64,000 bases of DNA from Girardia tigrina (GCA_001938485.1 MQRK01249795.1:4672-68671), one strand, 5' to 3'; shown: positions 25,145 to 38,560, counted from the stretch's first letter. The notes: generated by a model from the sequence alone, not told the origin. Numbers and translations are program-made.

Positions 25145-28100
25145 TGTGAGAATAATTAATAACTATATATTTATAAATTAAAATACATATAATTATTTAT
25201 ATCAATATCATATTATATCAATGGATCCTGAATATATAAAAACTCCTGAGATTGTTTAAATCAATCAGTGTAATTAATTTTAGACGCGCATTATTTGATT
25301 GTGTCATAAAAATAAACGTTATCTATTTTTTTGGACTTTTATTATGAAAATTCTTATATGGCTACCACGCCAAATGTTATCAACAATTTGGCGCCAACAA
25401 TATTCGATGGACACAATGATCAGTTCATTACCGACTGCAACAGGTTCTTTCAAGTTTCGCAAATTCAGGAAGGAATTCGATCGTTATTTGTCAAAGCATT
25501 CATCAATAAAGATTTAATATCTACTTATGAAGCAGTAGATGAGAAAATCATGAATTTCGCGGATCGGATACGGAAGGCATTCAAACGTCAAACATTATTA
25601 ATTCAAGATTTGCAGGAGCTCATGAATTACAGAAAAGGAACCGAAACAGCAAATTCATATGTCAACAAAATTGAGAAGATGGTAGATAAAGTTTTACGCC
25701 ACAAATGGAATAAACAAGAGCTAATGACATATTTTTAACACTGTAACTCACTGTATAGAAGATGTCAGTGTCAAAACTAAAATTTATCTTCAAGAAGCTA
25801 AATCTCAAGATTCAATCAAAGAAGAAGAAGAGAAGATGGATATTATTAAAACAGAAATTCAAGCAGTTGAAGTCGCCAATATCTACAGACGAAAAACATA
25901 TGCCGATACATTGAAAGAACGAACGGCATTCACAAATAATTTTCAACAACAACATCAACGAAGAAATATTCAAACCAATGACTATAACAGACGGACAATG
26001 ACGGGATATTCGAGACAACAAACAGGAAACATGGATTCAAATGTGATGTGTTATGGATGCAAAAAGTTGGGACATATTCGTCGTACATGTCCGGAAAATT
26101 TGAAAAGTTGTTTTGGATGTAGAGGGTCTGGACACGTTAGAAGTGAGTGTCCATATTTAAAATGTTCAGTACGTGGAGCTCAAGATCACCTTGGATATCA
26201 ATACTTCAAGAAAGACGAAAAACGACAACCCAGTCACCAAAACAAGATCCAGTATAACCGATTAGAAAATCAATATCGACATCCAATGACCGGAATTGAC
26301 GAAACTGATGAAACACGATCGACGGGATATGATGCAGAGAAGGTGTCAAACTTCGAGGCTCCGTCAGGTCAGCAGATGATTGGGGCCATACATTAAAAGG
26401 TAATAATATTCAGGATCCTTATATTTGTAATATATATAATTGTAAATGTAGTAATAATAATTTTAATAATCATATATATAATAATAATCATGTTAATAAT
26501 AATATTAATTATCAAAATAATATTTGTAGTGTAAATAGTAGTCATCATATAAATTCAAGAGTATGTAGGTAATAGAACACAGAATAAATATTATATTGAG
26601 GAGACAATGGAATTTGTTATGGATGCAGAAGGTAAAATAGACAATGAGATTTTTAATGGAAGACCGAGTATATTGACAGTTATAGGGGGTATCAAAATGA
26701 ATTGTTTATAGGACACCGGGGCCCGTATTAATGTAATAGATGAAAAGACTATTAAACAATTACAAGTATCGATGAGTAAGCACACCGTAACATCAGTTGT
26801 ATGTGCAAATGGCAGTGGGATGGAGATGAGTGATACATGTCAAATTAAGGTAAAATTTAAAAATTTAACACTATATCCAGTCTTTTATATTGCGAAAACA
26901 GTTTTTCCATCTATAATCTTCGGAATTGAATTAATTCGATCTTTAGGTCTCGATTTAAGGTGGCAATTTGATGCCAAAAATATAAAACAAGAATCATTTA
27001 CACCTGATATAGTGTGTGCGGATATATATGCTTTAGATCCATATATCGATAAACTTATTTATACGGACAAAGACAGATTTTTGAAATTCAAAGAAACATT
27101 AAATCTACGTGATGGTACAAATTTATATAGATGTATAGATAAGTACAAGAACATTTTTATGGCTGGAAAATGGGATATCGGGAAAACTAAATTAACCAGA
27201 CATGAAATAAAAACATTTAGTGAGCCAATTTTACAGAAGCCTCGTAGACAGCCGGCACATTTGGAACATCACATCGAAAAAGCAATATTGAATTTAGAAG
27301 GACATGGAATAATAGAAAAATGTTCTTCGCCTTGGAACACACCAATGGTTTGTGTGTGGAAAAAGGAGAAAAAGGAAATCCGTTTGTGTTTAGATTTTCG
27401 GCTCCTAAATCAAGTAACTGAGAGACCAGCTTTTCATATTCCAAATGTTGATGAGATGTTGGATTCTTTAATTGGAATGAAGTGGTTTAGTTCCATAGAT
27501 CTGGGTAATGCATATTACCAGGTCGAGTTGGAAAAATCGTCAAAGATGAAAACGGCTTTTTCTACATGGACCGGACAATTTTGTTTTACAAGAATGCCAT
27601 TCGGTATAGCAGCAGCACCGGCTACTTTCCAAAAATTGATGAATGAAATATTGAAGGAAAGAGGCAGTGTTGATCTCAATGACGTGTTGATTTTTTTCAG
27701 AAACAGAAGACGAGCATTTAAAAAGATTGGACCGGTTATTTTCGAGAATTCAATCAGCAAGCCAAAGAATTAACCCAGAAAAATGTAAATTTTTCCAGTA
27801 GAAGATGCGTTTTCTTGGACATATTGTAAATCGAGAAGGAATCAAAATGGATCCGTAGAAAATCCAGACAATAGTAGATTTTGAACAACCAAAATGTGTT
27901 AAAAAATTGCGCAGTTTTTTTGGACTGTGTAATTATTATAGGAAGTTCATTGTAGATTATTCAAAACTAGCAAAAGCGTTGGAAGCAATGTGTGGAAGTT
28001 CTAAATATAGACTTTATTTAAACGTATCTCATTCAGAGGCTTCTAAAATGTTAAAAACAGCCATAACAACTGCCCCTGTATTATGCTAAAAGTATTATTT

Positions 28101-29945
28101 TAAAAAGCAGTTTATTTTAGATACAGATGCATCTTTCGATACAATTGGCGCGGTTCTTTCTCAGTTAGATGACAAAGGTGAAGAGCGAGTCATCGCGTAT
28201 GGATCAAGGTCGATGTCAAAACATGAAACAGGTTATTGTATAACAAGGAAAGAATTGTTATCAATATTTCATTTTACTCAACATTTTAAACATTATCTTT
28301 ATGGTGCACATTTTAAACTGAGAATGTATCACTGAGAATGTTTTTATGATGACAACAAAAAAACCAATTACTCTGCAATTTCAAAACTGGATGAATTATT
28401 TAAGCAGTCTAGATATGAAATTAGAATATAGAAAAGGAAAAATACATCAAAATACAGATGCGTTGTCACGGAATGAATGTACCGTATGTTCACAGTGTAT
28501 GATTCAACACGAGCAGCAAAAATTATCAAAACAGAAAGTGAGAATAATAGCAATAGATGAAGAGATATCTCCCATACCATGGCAACAGAAGAACATATAA
28601 ATTATGGAAATTATTGGACAAATAAAGAAAAATACTTGTTGTAAGTAGCGTTTATTATCACTTTCATTATTATCACATTCTAAAGCCATAATTAACACCA
28701 ACAAAAATTTATTAATATTTACAATTCATATACTTAAACAAATTTCTTGTTAATTCAATTATTTCGCCCAAAATTAGTTCATTAAATTTTTCGATTAAAT
28801 TTTGAAAATATACAAAAATTTAAATCTAAAATAATCTTACATTTTTTTTACAAAAATTTTACAATATTAAATCTTAATTAATCATATATTTTTTTACAAA
28901 GAATTTTACAATATATAATCTTATATGTTTTACAAAAATTTTACAATATTAAATCTTAATTAATTTTATATTTTTTTATAAAGAATTTTACAATATATAA
29001 TCTTATATTTTTTACAAAAATTTTACCCTTAAATAATTTACATTTTCTTACAAAAATTTACAAATTTTTAATGTAACCAAATTTTACATTCTTACGAAAC
29101 TTAATCATAAAACTAATTAATTTAAATTTACAATAACCATTTTATTAAAAATTATTTCTGAAAATATTAATCCGTTAATTAAAATTTATATAGCTTATTC
29201 TATAACTTTTATTAAAATATGTTAATTGTTATTACTGTAAACATATTTTAAATAAATATTTATTATCATATTTTTACTTACATTGTAATTGTTAATTTAT
29301 TTCTTTTAAATTTTCAAATTAAAAAAAATAATAAACTATTTTGGCGAAACTTAAAAGTAACCCCTCATACTTGTCAAACATTCAAATTATCCAAAGGATG
29401 TGTCAGAACCCTAAATGACAAGATTTGGATTCCAAAGAGTGAACGACATGCTTGTATAATCTTTTTCTATAGATACTTATGTCATGCTGGATTTATGAAA
29501 ACGTATTCATTTATGCGAAATGAATATGATATGGAAGATTTCATGGAACAAGTTAAAATAGAAACAGAAAGCTGCATTGCTTGTCAGATAGCAAAAACTT
29601 ACACAGGAATAACTAAAGAAGAAACAAAGACTCTTACATCGAAAAGACCGTTTGATGACATTTATATTGATTTTTGCGGATAGATGCCGATAATAAAAAG
29701 AAAGAAATATATCTTAAGAATCATAGATAAATTTAGTAGATATATTAGTTTAATGGCTGTCAGTAATCAAGATGAGACTTCAACGATACAGACAATATTA
29801 TGACAATGGATATTTAGGTTCGGAGCTCCGGCTTGCATTCATGTAGACTGAGGAAAGGTTTTCCAGTCGCGCTTATTTCTTGAATTTACAAAATCCATGT
29901 TAATTGACATACAATATTCAAGTCCTTACCATCACAATACAATCT
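25145..29945 (+). mobile_element. Ty3/gypsy LTR retrotransposon, 3'-truncated and disrupted (5' LTR, gag, PR, RT, RH, IN)
   Basis: LTR ~25145-25358 (TGTGAGAAT, TATA box, AATAAA). Gag with CCHC knuckles, protease DTGA, RT (RLCLDFR, RMPFG), RNase H (LDTDAS), and integrase up to SPYHHN. Confidence 0.95.
28640..29369 (-). mobile_element. Solo LTR inserted in gypsy pol, containing ~80-bp tandem repeats
   Basis: 5-bp TSD CTTGT. Removing it restores the pol frame GQIKKNTCQTFKLSKGCVRTLNDKIWIP..LCHAGF. Tandem units at ~28840-29030. Confidence 0.9.
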
Positions 29946-31480
29946 GTCATTCAATCTGTCCTAAAATATTGTATTACTTTGAAAAAATATATTAATGTAA
30001 AATGAATTTAAGGAAGATCCCTGACACCACAGGTGTATATGTTGTAAATGACTTCAAATGATCAAAAGATCATTTTCATAAAAGAAAAATTTAAGAAGAT
30101 TATAATTACTATTATAATGGAAAATATTTAAAGTGTTTATGATATTTTTTGGGATATTGATGAACTACAATACTATTTAGGAGCCACGTTTTATGTTTTA
30201 TTGTGAGATGGAATTATAGTTGGTCATGCATACGATCTTGTCATTGAACATCAAAAATTACCGACGAAAAACGAAGTCTATATTAATTTCGGTAAAAAAA
30301 GTTTTCTGTTTGAAACACAAATTGTTACAAATCAGGAATTGATATTTTTTATTATTTATTTTAAAAATATAAATTTATTTAATAAAGAGAAATTCTTTAA
30401 AACGAAGAATGAAAGGAAAGAAAAGAATGAACATGAGATCTTTTTGATTATTAAAAGGTTTAAAAAATAATTGGGATAAAAAACTTTGACAGTTTTAACA
30501 TAAGAAAGAGAAGTGTAGATCAGAAGGTTCCACATATGGTTAACGGTGATGTGAGGTGTAGGAAGGTCTGGCAGAAACGAAAAGCGATCTAGGGACTGGT
30601 GTTAGAACTCTGGTGATTGATATGATGAACTAGCCGAAGGGACGGGCTCGAATCTTGTTAATAACAGTTATACACTTTATATGGAAATGGATAATATGAT
30701 TTTTGTTTTATGGAAACAAATACTTCGACATCTTTATGATAAGAATCTTTTTCTATTGACAAAAATAATTGAAATTTTTCAATTATTGTGCTTTTTTATT
30801 TAAAAATAATATCTTAATTTTTGTTTTGATTATTCAGACAATTTTTGAAATCTGTTTTATTGTCGGGATGGGTCATTAATCCTATTTTCATGAAAATCAT
30901 ACACGAATTAGTTGTTAACATCAATAAAATCGCTATTTTAATAAGTCTCATATACAACCTCTTCCAAAATCAGTATCTAAGTAAACTGTAAAAGTGAGCT
31001 AACTGAAGAAGATAGTAATTCGATCAACTCACTTTCAGCAATAAATAAAAATAATCCAATAATTATTACTATAATTCTATTAACTTCTAAACAAGCTCAC
31101 TGAAGGACAAAAAGGTTAAATGTATATTACAAGAAAAAAATAAGTTTTGTAGGGAGAGTCACTTTGAATTTTTGAAGGATTCGATTGTTGGGATATTCAA
31201 TAGATTAACGGAAAGAATTTTCGATATTCATATTTAGTAGATAGTAAAGGTTTTCCTGAAACTTTTTATAACATTTGTGATCTAAAATCCGTTGATCTAA
31301 TAATTGATAATTAAGATAGGAACAAAAAAATAGAACACATATCAATAAAATACATAAATAAAAAACATATTTTTGTATAACAAACATTTTCTTATTTCAA
31401 ATTGCTCAATGACTTTATTTAAAAAATATTTAACAAATTTAATAGTATTTAATTTAGAATTATTTTGTTTTTTCAAACAG

Positions 31481-31644
31481 TTAATTGTCATATTGAATAA
31501 CTTTTTCTAGTGGAACAATTGGCGATATTTGGTCTTTCCAGAAAAACCTTTTACCAAGATATGAACGTTTTCCAAGATACGAACGTTTTCCATCAACGTA
31601 TTCGTTTTCAAGTCCAAACCGTTTTCCATTGTACGGTCGCTTAT
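31481..31644 (-). CDS. Neuropeptide precursor, last coding exon (GKR-flanked amidated peptides)
   Basis: ttcttttag acceptor, phase 1. Encodes (N)KRPYNGKRFGLENEYVDGKRSYLGKRSYLGKRFFWKDQISPIVPLEKVIQYDN*. The two SYLG copies use synonymous codons. AATAAA lies ~60 nt after the stop (31414-31419). Confidence 0.85.
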
Positions 31645-33479
31645 CTAAAAGAAATTGAACAAATAATATAGGTAAATATAATCGTTTAAAATGCAAATAA
31701 ATTGAAAAATCTGAATTCCGGAAATTGTTTAATTAATCTTTGAAGAAATTTATTCAATGCCAAAATATTTAGAAAATTAAAAATTAAATTTGAAGGAAAT
31801 TGATGAGAAAAGTCATTTGGTATTATTGCATTAATAATAATATTTTCTTTTGAAAAAAAAATAAAATTTCTCCAACTTTTATTTGTTTTGATGTTTAAAC
31901 GTTTAAATTAATTTTTTTAATAAGTTAAAGAAATACAACTTTTGAATTATTTAGTTTTGAAAAACAAATAATTTTTTCTTATATATAATTCATTAAAGAA
32001 AATATTTAATAAATAATAAAAGTTTTATATATAATATGTTTTGATAATATTTTTAAAATTACATAAAAGTAAATCCTTTATTTTTAAAAATATTTTATAA
32101 AATAAATTTAATTATATTGTATTAATTTAATTATCATAGAAAATTAAATTAGGAGATAAAATTTGATCATAACAGAAAATAAAAAGAATAAATTAATCAA
32201 TAATAATTATTAAAAAAAATTAATTAGAAATGAATTTACAGTTTTTTTTTATAAATTCAGTAATATTGAATCAAGCTTCCCTAGAACTATTTTGATCATT
32301 ATAAGATGTTCCTCCTGTAGCGATTATTTTGACGTAGATACGCGCGCATCCTCGTGAACCCAGATTGCGTATGGACGTTTTCATGTTTGGTAATAGTTTG
32401 CAGATTTATTTATTAAAAACGAAATGAAAATTCAAATAGTAATAAAAGGAGAATTTACTATCTTAATTCTTAAATGGGTGACTGAATATTAACAATGACA
32501 CAAATAATTCGACCTGTATGAGTCTCACAGAATAGCTTCTCAAAATGAAGGGATCATTTGGAATTTTAAACAAATCAATCGAGATTTTTAAGAAAGTTTC
32601 AATTATGAGGAATAAAATCGATTTGAAGGTATAAAAAGGTTACAAGATTAAGAAAAATAAATAAAATCTTAAAATTATATAATGTAATGTATAGAAATTA
32701 TAATATCCTTTAGGGATATTTATTTATTAGTATTATGTATTCTTAAATTTGAATTATCTTTTGGTGCGGCCCCTCTAAAATTAAAATTTGAAAACCTTTT
32801 TTTTGGTTTTTGCTAAAGAATAAATCTACTGAATTTAATTCCTAAAAATTCTATCTGTCGCCACTTTTTTTCCGGAATATAAGACATCATATTCCCGCTA
32901 TAATATTTTGATTATTACATTTGATTACTTCCGTCTCTTTGACCGTTCTTCATAAAATAAGTATTTTTTCATATATTTTTAATATTTCTTTGTGAGCGAT
33001 GAAGTTTATAATATTAGCGTCATCCTTGTTTGGTTTAATGATTCCTTTTTAAACTTTCTTTATAAAACAGATGTTTATTTATCAAAATTAATTAAAGTGT
33101 CTTTCAGTTACCTTCTTTATTTTGTTTCTCAACCTTCAACCAAATCTATCAAGCATTTTTGGTTTCTGTCTAACTTCTATTCTCGCTTTGAGTTATTCGA
33201 ACAAGCGGTTGAAGTTCCAAAAATAACATAAATTTCAAAATTAGGATCTCGATTTTTCTTCTAACTTTAGTTACCGTATAACTTTGTTTTTTATTATTCT
33301 TGGATATCAAACAGAATAAATCTATAAATGTTGTAAATTCTTACAACATCAATACATTCACACTTTCAAGCAATTTGAAATATTCCCCACAAAAGTTAAC
33401 AGATTTGGACGCAAAAGAGCAAAAGAATGATGAAATAACCAAATTAATGATGAAAAAGGCGGAGAGAAGCTCAAACGAG

Positions 33480-33900
33480 TAAAATGTGATGAATGTTAGG
33501 GAATAAAGGATAGAATCTCAAAGGAAGCTAAATTTGCTAAAAAGGTTGGCTATTCATATATTCAAGGAACACTCAAGTGAATATATTGACTAGACAGAAA
33601 TAATTTGAGTGTCGGATCACTGCAAAACAAGATGCTTTATTTGAAAGGTTATCTTTCTGGAGAAGCCTTGAAATAATTCGTACTCTAGAATAAAGATCCG
33701 TATCTTTCTGTGACGCATTTGACAAGTTTCGTTATGGAAGAGCTATATGAATTTACTCAAAATTAATGAATGATTTGAACAGTCTGAAGATCATTCAAGA
33801 TGACAATGTAACCAATTTAGTCAAAGTTGAAAGAAAAATAGCGGAGATCGTGATTAAATTTACAATGATGGGCAAAACGGAAAAACTAAACTCAGCTACA
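33480..33900 (+). mobile_element. Decayed LTR-retrotransposon gag-like fragment
   Basis: QNKMLYLKGYLSGEALK* resembles the KxxYLxxxLxGxA gag motif. Confidence 0.35.
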
Positions 33901-36805
33901 AAAGAAAAACCAAAAGCTGAACAAAACTCTTCTGATAAAATGGGAACGGTAAGTAATGGAAAATGATATGTTGAATTTTGTATGTTGAGTTTAGTATTTG
34001 GAAATGTGTTTCTCCCACCCAGATGGAAAATTGATAATTTGGATGTTCACGATTGAAAAAGGAAACAATCCCAAAAATTCATAATTATTGAAAGTGCTTT
34101 CTTTAACAAATATATTGATAATTCATAACTATAACGGAAAGATATCCAAGAAAAGAAATTTTTCTCGATCACAACAACTAGAATCAGGTCGATTGGTTTT
34201 TTAAAGAAATACACGTTACTTGCTTTATTTTTCGTTAGAACTGAATTGTTAGGTTATTGCCTTTCTCAGATCATCTTGATTATTAACGTCTTCAAATAGA
34301 GATTTGGTTTTTTTATTATGGACTGGTTGTAAATTGAAGGAATTGGTTGAGGAAAGACGGAATAGTTATAGTTTACAATTATTATTTAATTTTCGTTTTT
34401 TTTGGAAAAAAGGAATTATTTAATTATTATCTCTTTCGGATCTCCTTGTTTTTCTTCGGAACTTTCTTTTACTGATTGGAAATTGAGGGAATTGGTTAAG
34501 GAAATGGTAAAGTGATGATGGTTTCTAGGAAACTTCTTATTCTATCAATATGTCTTGTCTATCAATATTTTTATTGATTTTTTTATTATTATTAATAGTT
34601 CAATCCAAATTTATTTAAACAGAAAAGAAAATTAAAATGTACATTTACAACGATGAATTATTCGAGTATAATTTGCATTTTAAATTACAGTAAAAGATAT
34701 TTAAAAAACTTTAAAAATATTAAATCGTTTCAAATTTTAATATTAAAAATTTAAATGAAGTAAATAACATTTAACTAAGTTTTTAATTAAATAAATGTTT
34801 TTTCTTTAAATAAAATCATTTTTAAATAAAATTAATATGTAGATAAAATTATTACTAAAATTACAAAATTAAAACTTTAAAAACAAAATCTGAAAGTAAT
34901 GAAAAATTTGTTCGAATAATTGTTTATTAAAAAACATTAACTAAAATTTATCAATTTAGAACGAAGTCGAATTACGAAAGCTTTGCTGAGAGTTGTCCAA
35001 AAGACAATTCTGATTGTATTGAAAATAAAAGTTTGAAAACCGATGTTGATGTTCTTAATAGAGGAAAAATATTTAAACTTAGAAAATAATTTAAAGTAAA
35101 AATTTTAAAAGGTGTCTTTTGACACCTTTGGTTGAAATAGTGTTAATATTAATAATAAATTATAAAACAGTGCCTATGGCCAGTGGGTTGCTTTAACTTC
35201 CAGTAGCATTTTATTTGTTATATGAACTTCATCTTCGGTGTTTTTTGTAATATTTTGATTTGCTTATAAATAATTTATTTAAAACAATATATATTTTTCT
35301 AATTAATTTTGTAAAAAAAAATTTTTCTTTTAAAACTCGTAAAGATTTCGGATTTTTTAAAAGTAGTATAAATAAATTGGAGTTTAAATTTTCATTAAAA
35401 TGAATTAAACTTTTTATTTTTTTGATAATTTTAATTGAATTTTTACATATTTTCCTATTAATTTCATTCATTAAAATAAAAAACTATTAAATAAATCAAT
35501 CTAACCATTAAAATATTAAATTACAATGAAATTCAAGTTATTCAAAAAATAATTTATAAAAGACACAAATACATTTTATTTAAACCACATAATTGTCAAA
35601 TTTATAAATAAATCAAATTATATTATTTTACAATTGTTTAAAATAAAAATAATAATTATTTAATTATTTTATTAATGAATTTTTGACTAATCCCTATTCA
35701 TAAATAGAACTAACTTCCTTAATCTTATAATTAATCAAAGAATATTTTTATAGAATTATTTTTTTGCCAAAAAATATAAATAATTTTCATTTTTTATTTT
35801 ATTGTAATATTTAAAACTTTTATTTATATATTTATCAAAATTAAATCAATTTATTAATAATTAAAATTTTTATCATTAGCTACGATTTTTTGTTCGAACT
35901 TATAATAATTGCTGCCGTTAATATATAAAATATGCATTAAAATTATATTTTCAAACGACCTTTGGTAAATTATAATATAACAATGCCAAATAAGCATTCA
36001 AAATGTACATACAAATTTTCATCAAATTTTAAGTCAAATTATTCCGCAAAAAATCTTTTTTTTATTTTATAAATGTTTTTTTATAATTTGAAAACCCGAA
36101 AGTTATCGAAGCCAAATCCTGTCATTATGAGACATAAGTTTCCAGTTTACGAAGCCAAATTGTTGACTTTTTATTAAGCACTTCGAAAAGATAAAACGAA
36201 ATTTTGTCGTGTAAAATGATTATTCACTTATTGTTCCCTCGGGCTGAACTTTTTATTTCTGACACAAAACTGCTGAGAGAAAAGTTTGATAATAAAACCG
36301 AATAGCGCAAAATAAATTATCCCACACAAAATCTACAAGTTAATTAGCATAATATATAATTTAAAATAAATTAATTTATAATTTAAGAACGAATCGAGAC
36401 AATTATCATTTATATGAAGTTGTGAAACCTTTTATTTACATCGGTTTGAATACCATAAAGCAAAAAACTAAAGTTTGATGTTCTAAAGTTTCCGAAATCT
36501 GAAAAAAATCGATACTTCTAAAAAAATACTTTTCTTGTATAAAAAACGTAAAAGAAGTTGTTTTAAAATTTTTTGGTAATGTTTGATTTAAAATTCTATT
36601 GTAAAATTCCTTAACATCGCTTGTCGTCATTATTCTTCATATATGGATCAAACATGCTTTAAAAAAATTAAAAAAAGATAAAAAATAGTTTGATAAATAT
36701 ATAAAGTATTTTTTAATTCCCCGATAAAATAGCGATAATATTTATTAATTATTCAATTTCGGGCTTTTGATATTTTTTAGTAAACTATGAGATATTTTGA
36801 AAATA

Positions 36806-38040
36806 TTAGAGTGAACCAAAAGTCTTTTCGTATTTTCTACGTCTTTCTGTTCAATTGTTTCTTATTACCAAATAAAGATATTTTATATACATGTTTTATA
36901 TGTTTTTAGAGCTCTTAAACTGCTCTATCACAATATATATTAAAACTTCTAATTAGTCGTTAATATAATTTTTATGGTCTTTTAGAAAAATCATGGAAAA
37001 TTTTGAAATTCGTGTTATTTCACGCCATTACTGGAAACAGGGCTTAGACGCAACTGCAGCAACAAAAAAGATATGCAAAGTTGAAGGCGATAATGTGGTC
37101 TCAAATCGTACTGCACAAAATTGGTTCAAAAGGTTCAACGAAGGCGACATTTACCTCGGAGACAATGCACGTTCAAGCCGACCTATCACCATAGATTCCG
37201 GAGCAATTCATGAAGCCGTCGAGACAAATCCGTCAATAAGTACTCGCAGATTGTCGGCCAAACTCGATATTCCTCAAACATCTATTGTACGACACCTTCA
37301 CGCTCTTGGCAAGGTCAATAGACGATGTCGAGAAGTGCCTCATGAATTGACACAAAATCCGTGCTATGACCGTTTCATCCGTCGAATTGTAATTTGCGAT
37401 GAAAAGTGGGTTTCCTTCAGTAATTCAGACCAACAAAATCAATCGTTGGACTCCGGACAAATGGCGAAACCGGTAGCGAAACGAGATCGTTTCTCAAGGA
37501 AGGCACTTTTGTGTGTTTGGTGGAATTTCGAAGGCGTGGTTCACTTCGAGCTGGTTCCAAATGGTCGTACTATCGACGCTGACCTTTACTGCACCCAACT
37601 TGATCGAATTTATGCGGCACTTGTTGAGAAATACCCCGCTTTGATCAATCGAAAGCGAGTTCTTCTACAACAGAACAATGCAAAACCGCACACCGCCAAA
37701 CAAACAAAGGAAAAAATCAAAAATCTCGACGCCTTTGAACTTCTTCCACACCCAGCGTATAGTACGGATCTTGCGCCATTCGACTATCACATTTTCCGCT
37801 CACACTTTCTTCGCGGTCGCAGCTTCAATAATCTGGCCGAGGTCGAAAACTGGTGTCACCAGTTCTTCGTTTCTAAGAACAAGGATTGGTACCGCAGCGG
37901 GATCGCACAACTTGCCCATAGATGGGTTAAGCTATAGATTCAAATGCCTTTTACTTTGAAACTTAAATGTTTTTTATTTGTTGTAAAATTATGTTTAAAT
38001 TTTTATTAAAAAATACGAAAAGACTTTTGGTTCACCCTAC
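36806..38040 (+). mobile_element. Mariner transposon (DD34D type), nearly intact
   Basis: TA TSDs and ~31-bp TIRs (GTGAACCAAAAGTCTTTTCGTATTTT); single 314-aa ORF. Confidence 0.96.
36993..37937 (+). CDS. Mariner transposase, probably inactive
   Basis: HTH region plus EVPHEL, CDEKW and HPAYSTDLAPFDYHIF. The second catalytic D reads N (QQNNAKPH), and there is an in-frame deletion after PHELT. Confidence 0.9.
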   Translation: MENFEIRVISRHYWKQGLDATAATKKICKVEGDNVVSNRTAQNWFKRFNEGDIYLGDNARSSRPITIDSGAIHEAVETNPSISTRRLSAKLDIPQTSIVRHLHALGKVNRRCREVPHELTQNPCYDRFIRRIVICDEKWVSFSNSDQQNQSLDSGQMAKPVAKRDRFSRKALLCVWWNFEGVVHFELVPNGRTIDADLYCTQLDRIYAALVEKYPALINRKRVLLQQNNAKPHTAKQTKEKIKNLDAFELLPHPAYSTDLAPFDYHIFRSHFLRGRSFNNLAEVENWCHQFFVSKNKDWYRSGIAQLAHRWVKL

Positions 38041-38189
38041 TAAATATCTAAATAAACAAATAACTAATAAAATCAATATATTTTATATATTTTTATAAGT
38101 AAAATTATTAAAGTTATAAACTTTTTATTTAAAAACACAAAATAAAATTATTTTACTCAATGTATTGTAATCTCAGAGTCAAATTGGAA

Positions 38190-38560
38190 GCTATACCACG
38201 TAGACATTTTATCAGTAGTATGTTGCCATACGTTGAAAACAAAGTGCAAGACGTACGTTCAGTTGAACATAATTTACCTTGCTTGCTGTTTTGCTTCGTT
38301 CTCCTCTATTGTATTTTTATTTTCTGTTCTCAGTGTACTCTTGTTCTCTAAGAAAATTATTGAAATACTTGTAGAAATCAGCTGGTGTCCACCAAAAGAC
38401 ATCTGAAAAGTATGGTGCCATTCCTCCACTGAATTGTTTGTTCGTGGTAGATGTCTAGTACTCGATCTCGAACGATCGACAATGTTACTAGCAATCTCGG
38501 ACTAACTCTGCGGTTTCATCTTTAGCGACTAGTATATTTTTCATCCCACTAGTCATACAA
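38190..38560 (-). mobile_element. Mutator/MULE transposase C-terminal remnant
   Basis: LPRTNNSVEEWHHTFQ..GGH matches the MULE RTNNxxEGWH motif. Confidence 0.65.

Noticed and set aside
25345-25360. AAAATTCTTATATG resembling the 3' end of a flatworm spliced leader
   Set aside because: Only a short AT-rich match with no rest of the leader or Sm site; the LTR terminal inverted repeat explains it.
28840-29030. Tandem repeats as a CRISPR-like array
   Set aside because: No unique spacers; these are simple tandem duplications inside a solo LTR in eukaryotic DNA.
32300-32400. Minus-strand RAYLRQNNRY resembling NPY/NPF
   Set aside because: A stop follows shortly, and there is no RxRFG end, signal peptide or usable splice sites.
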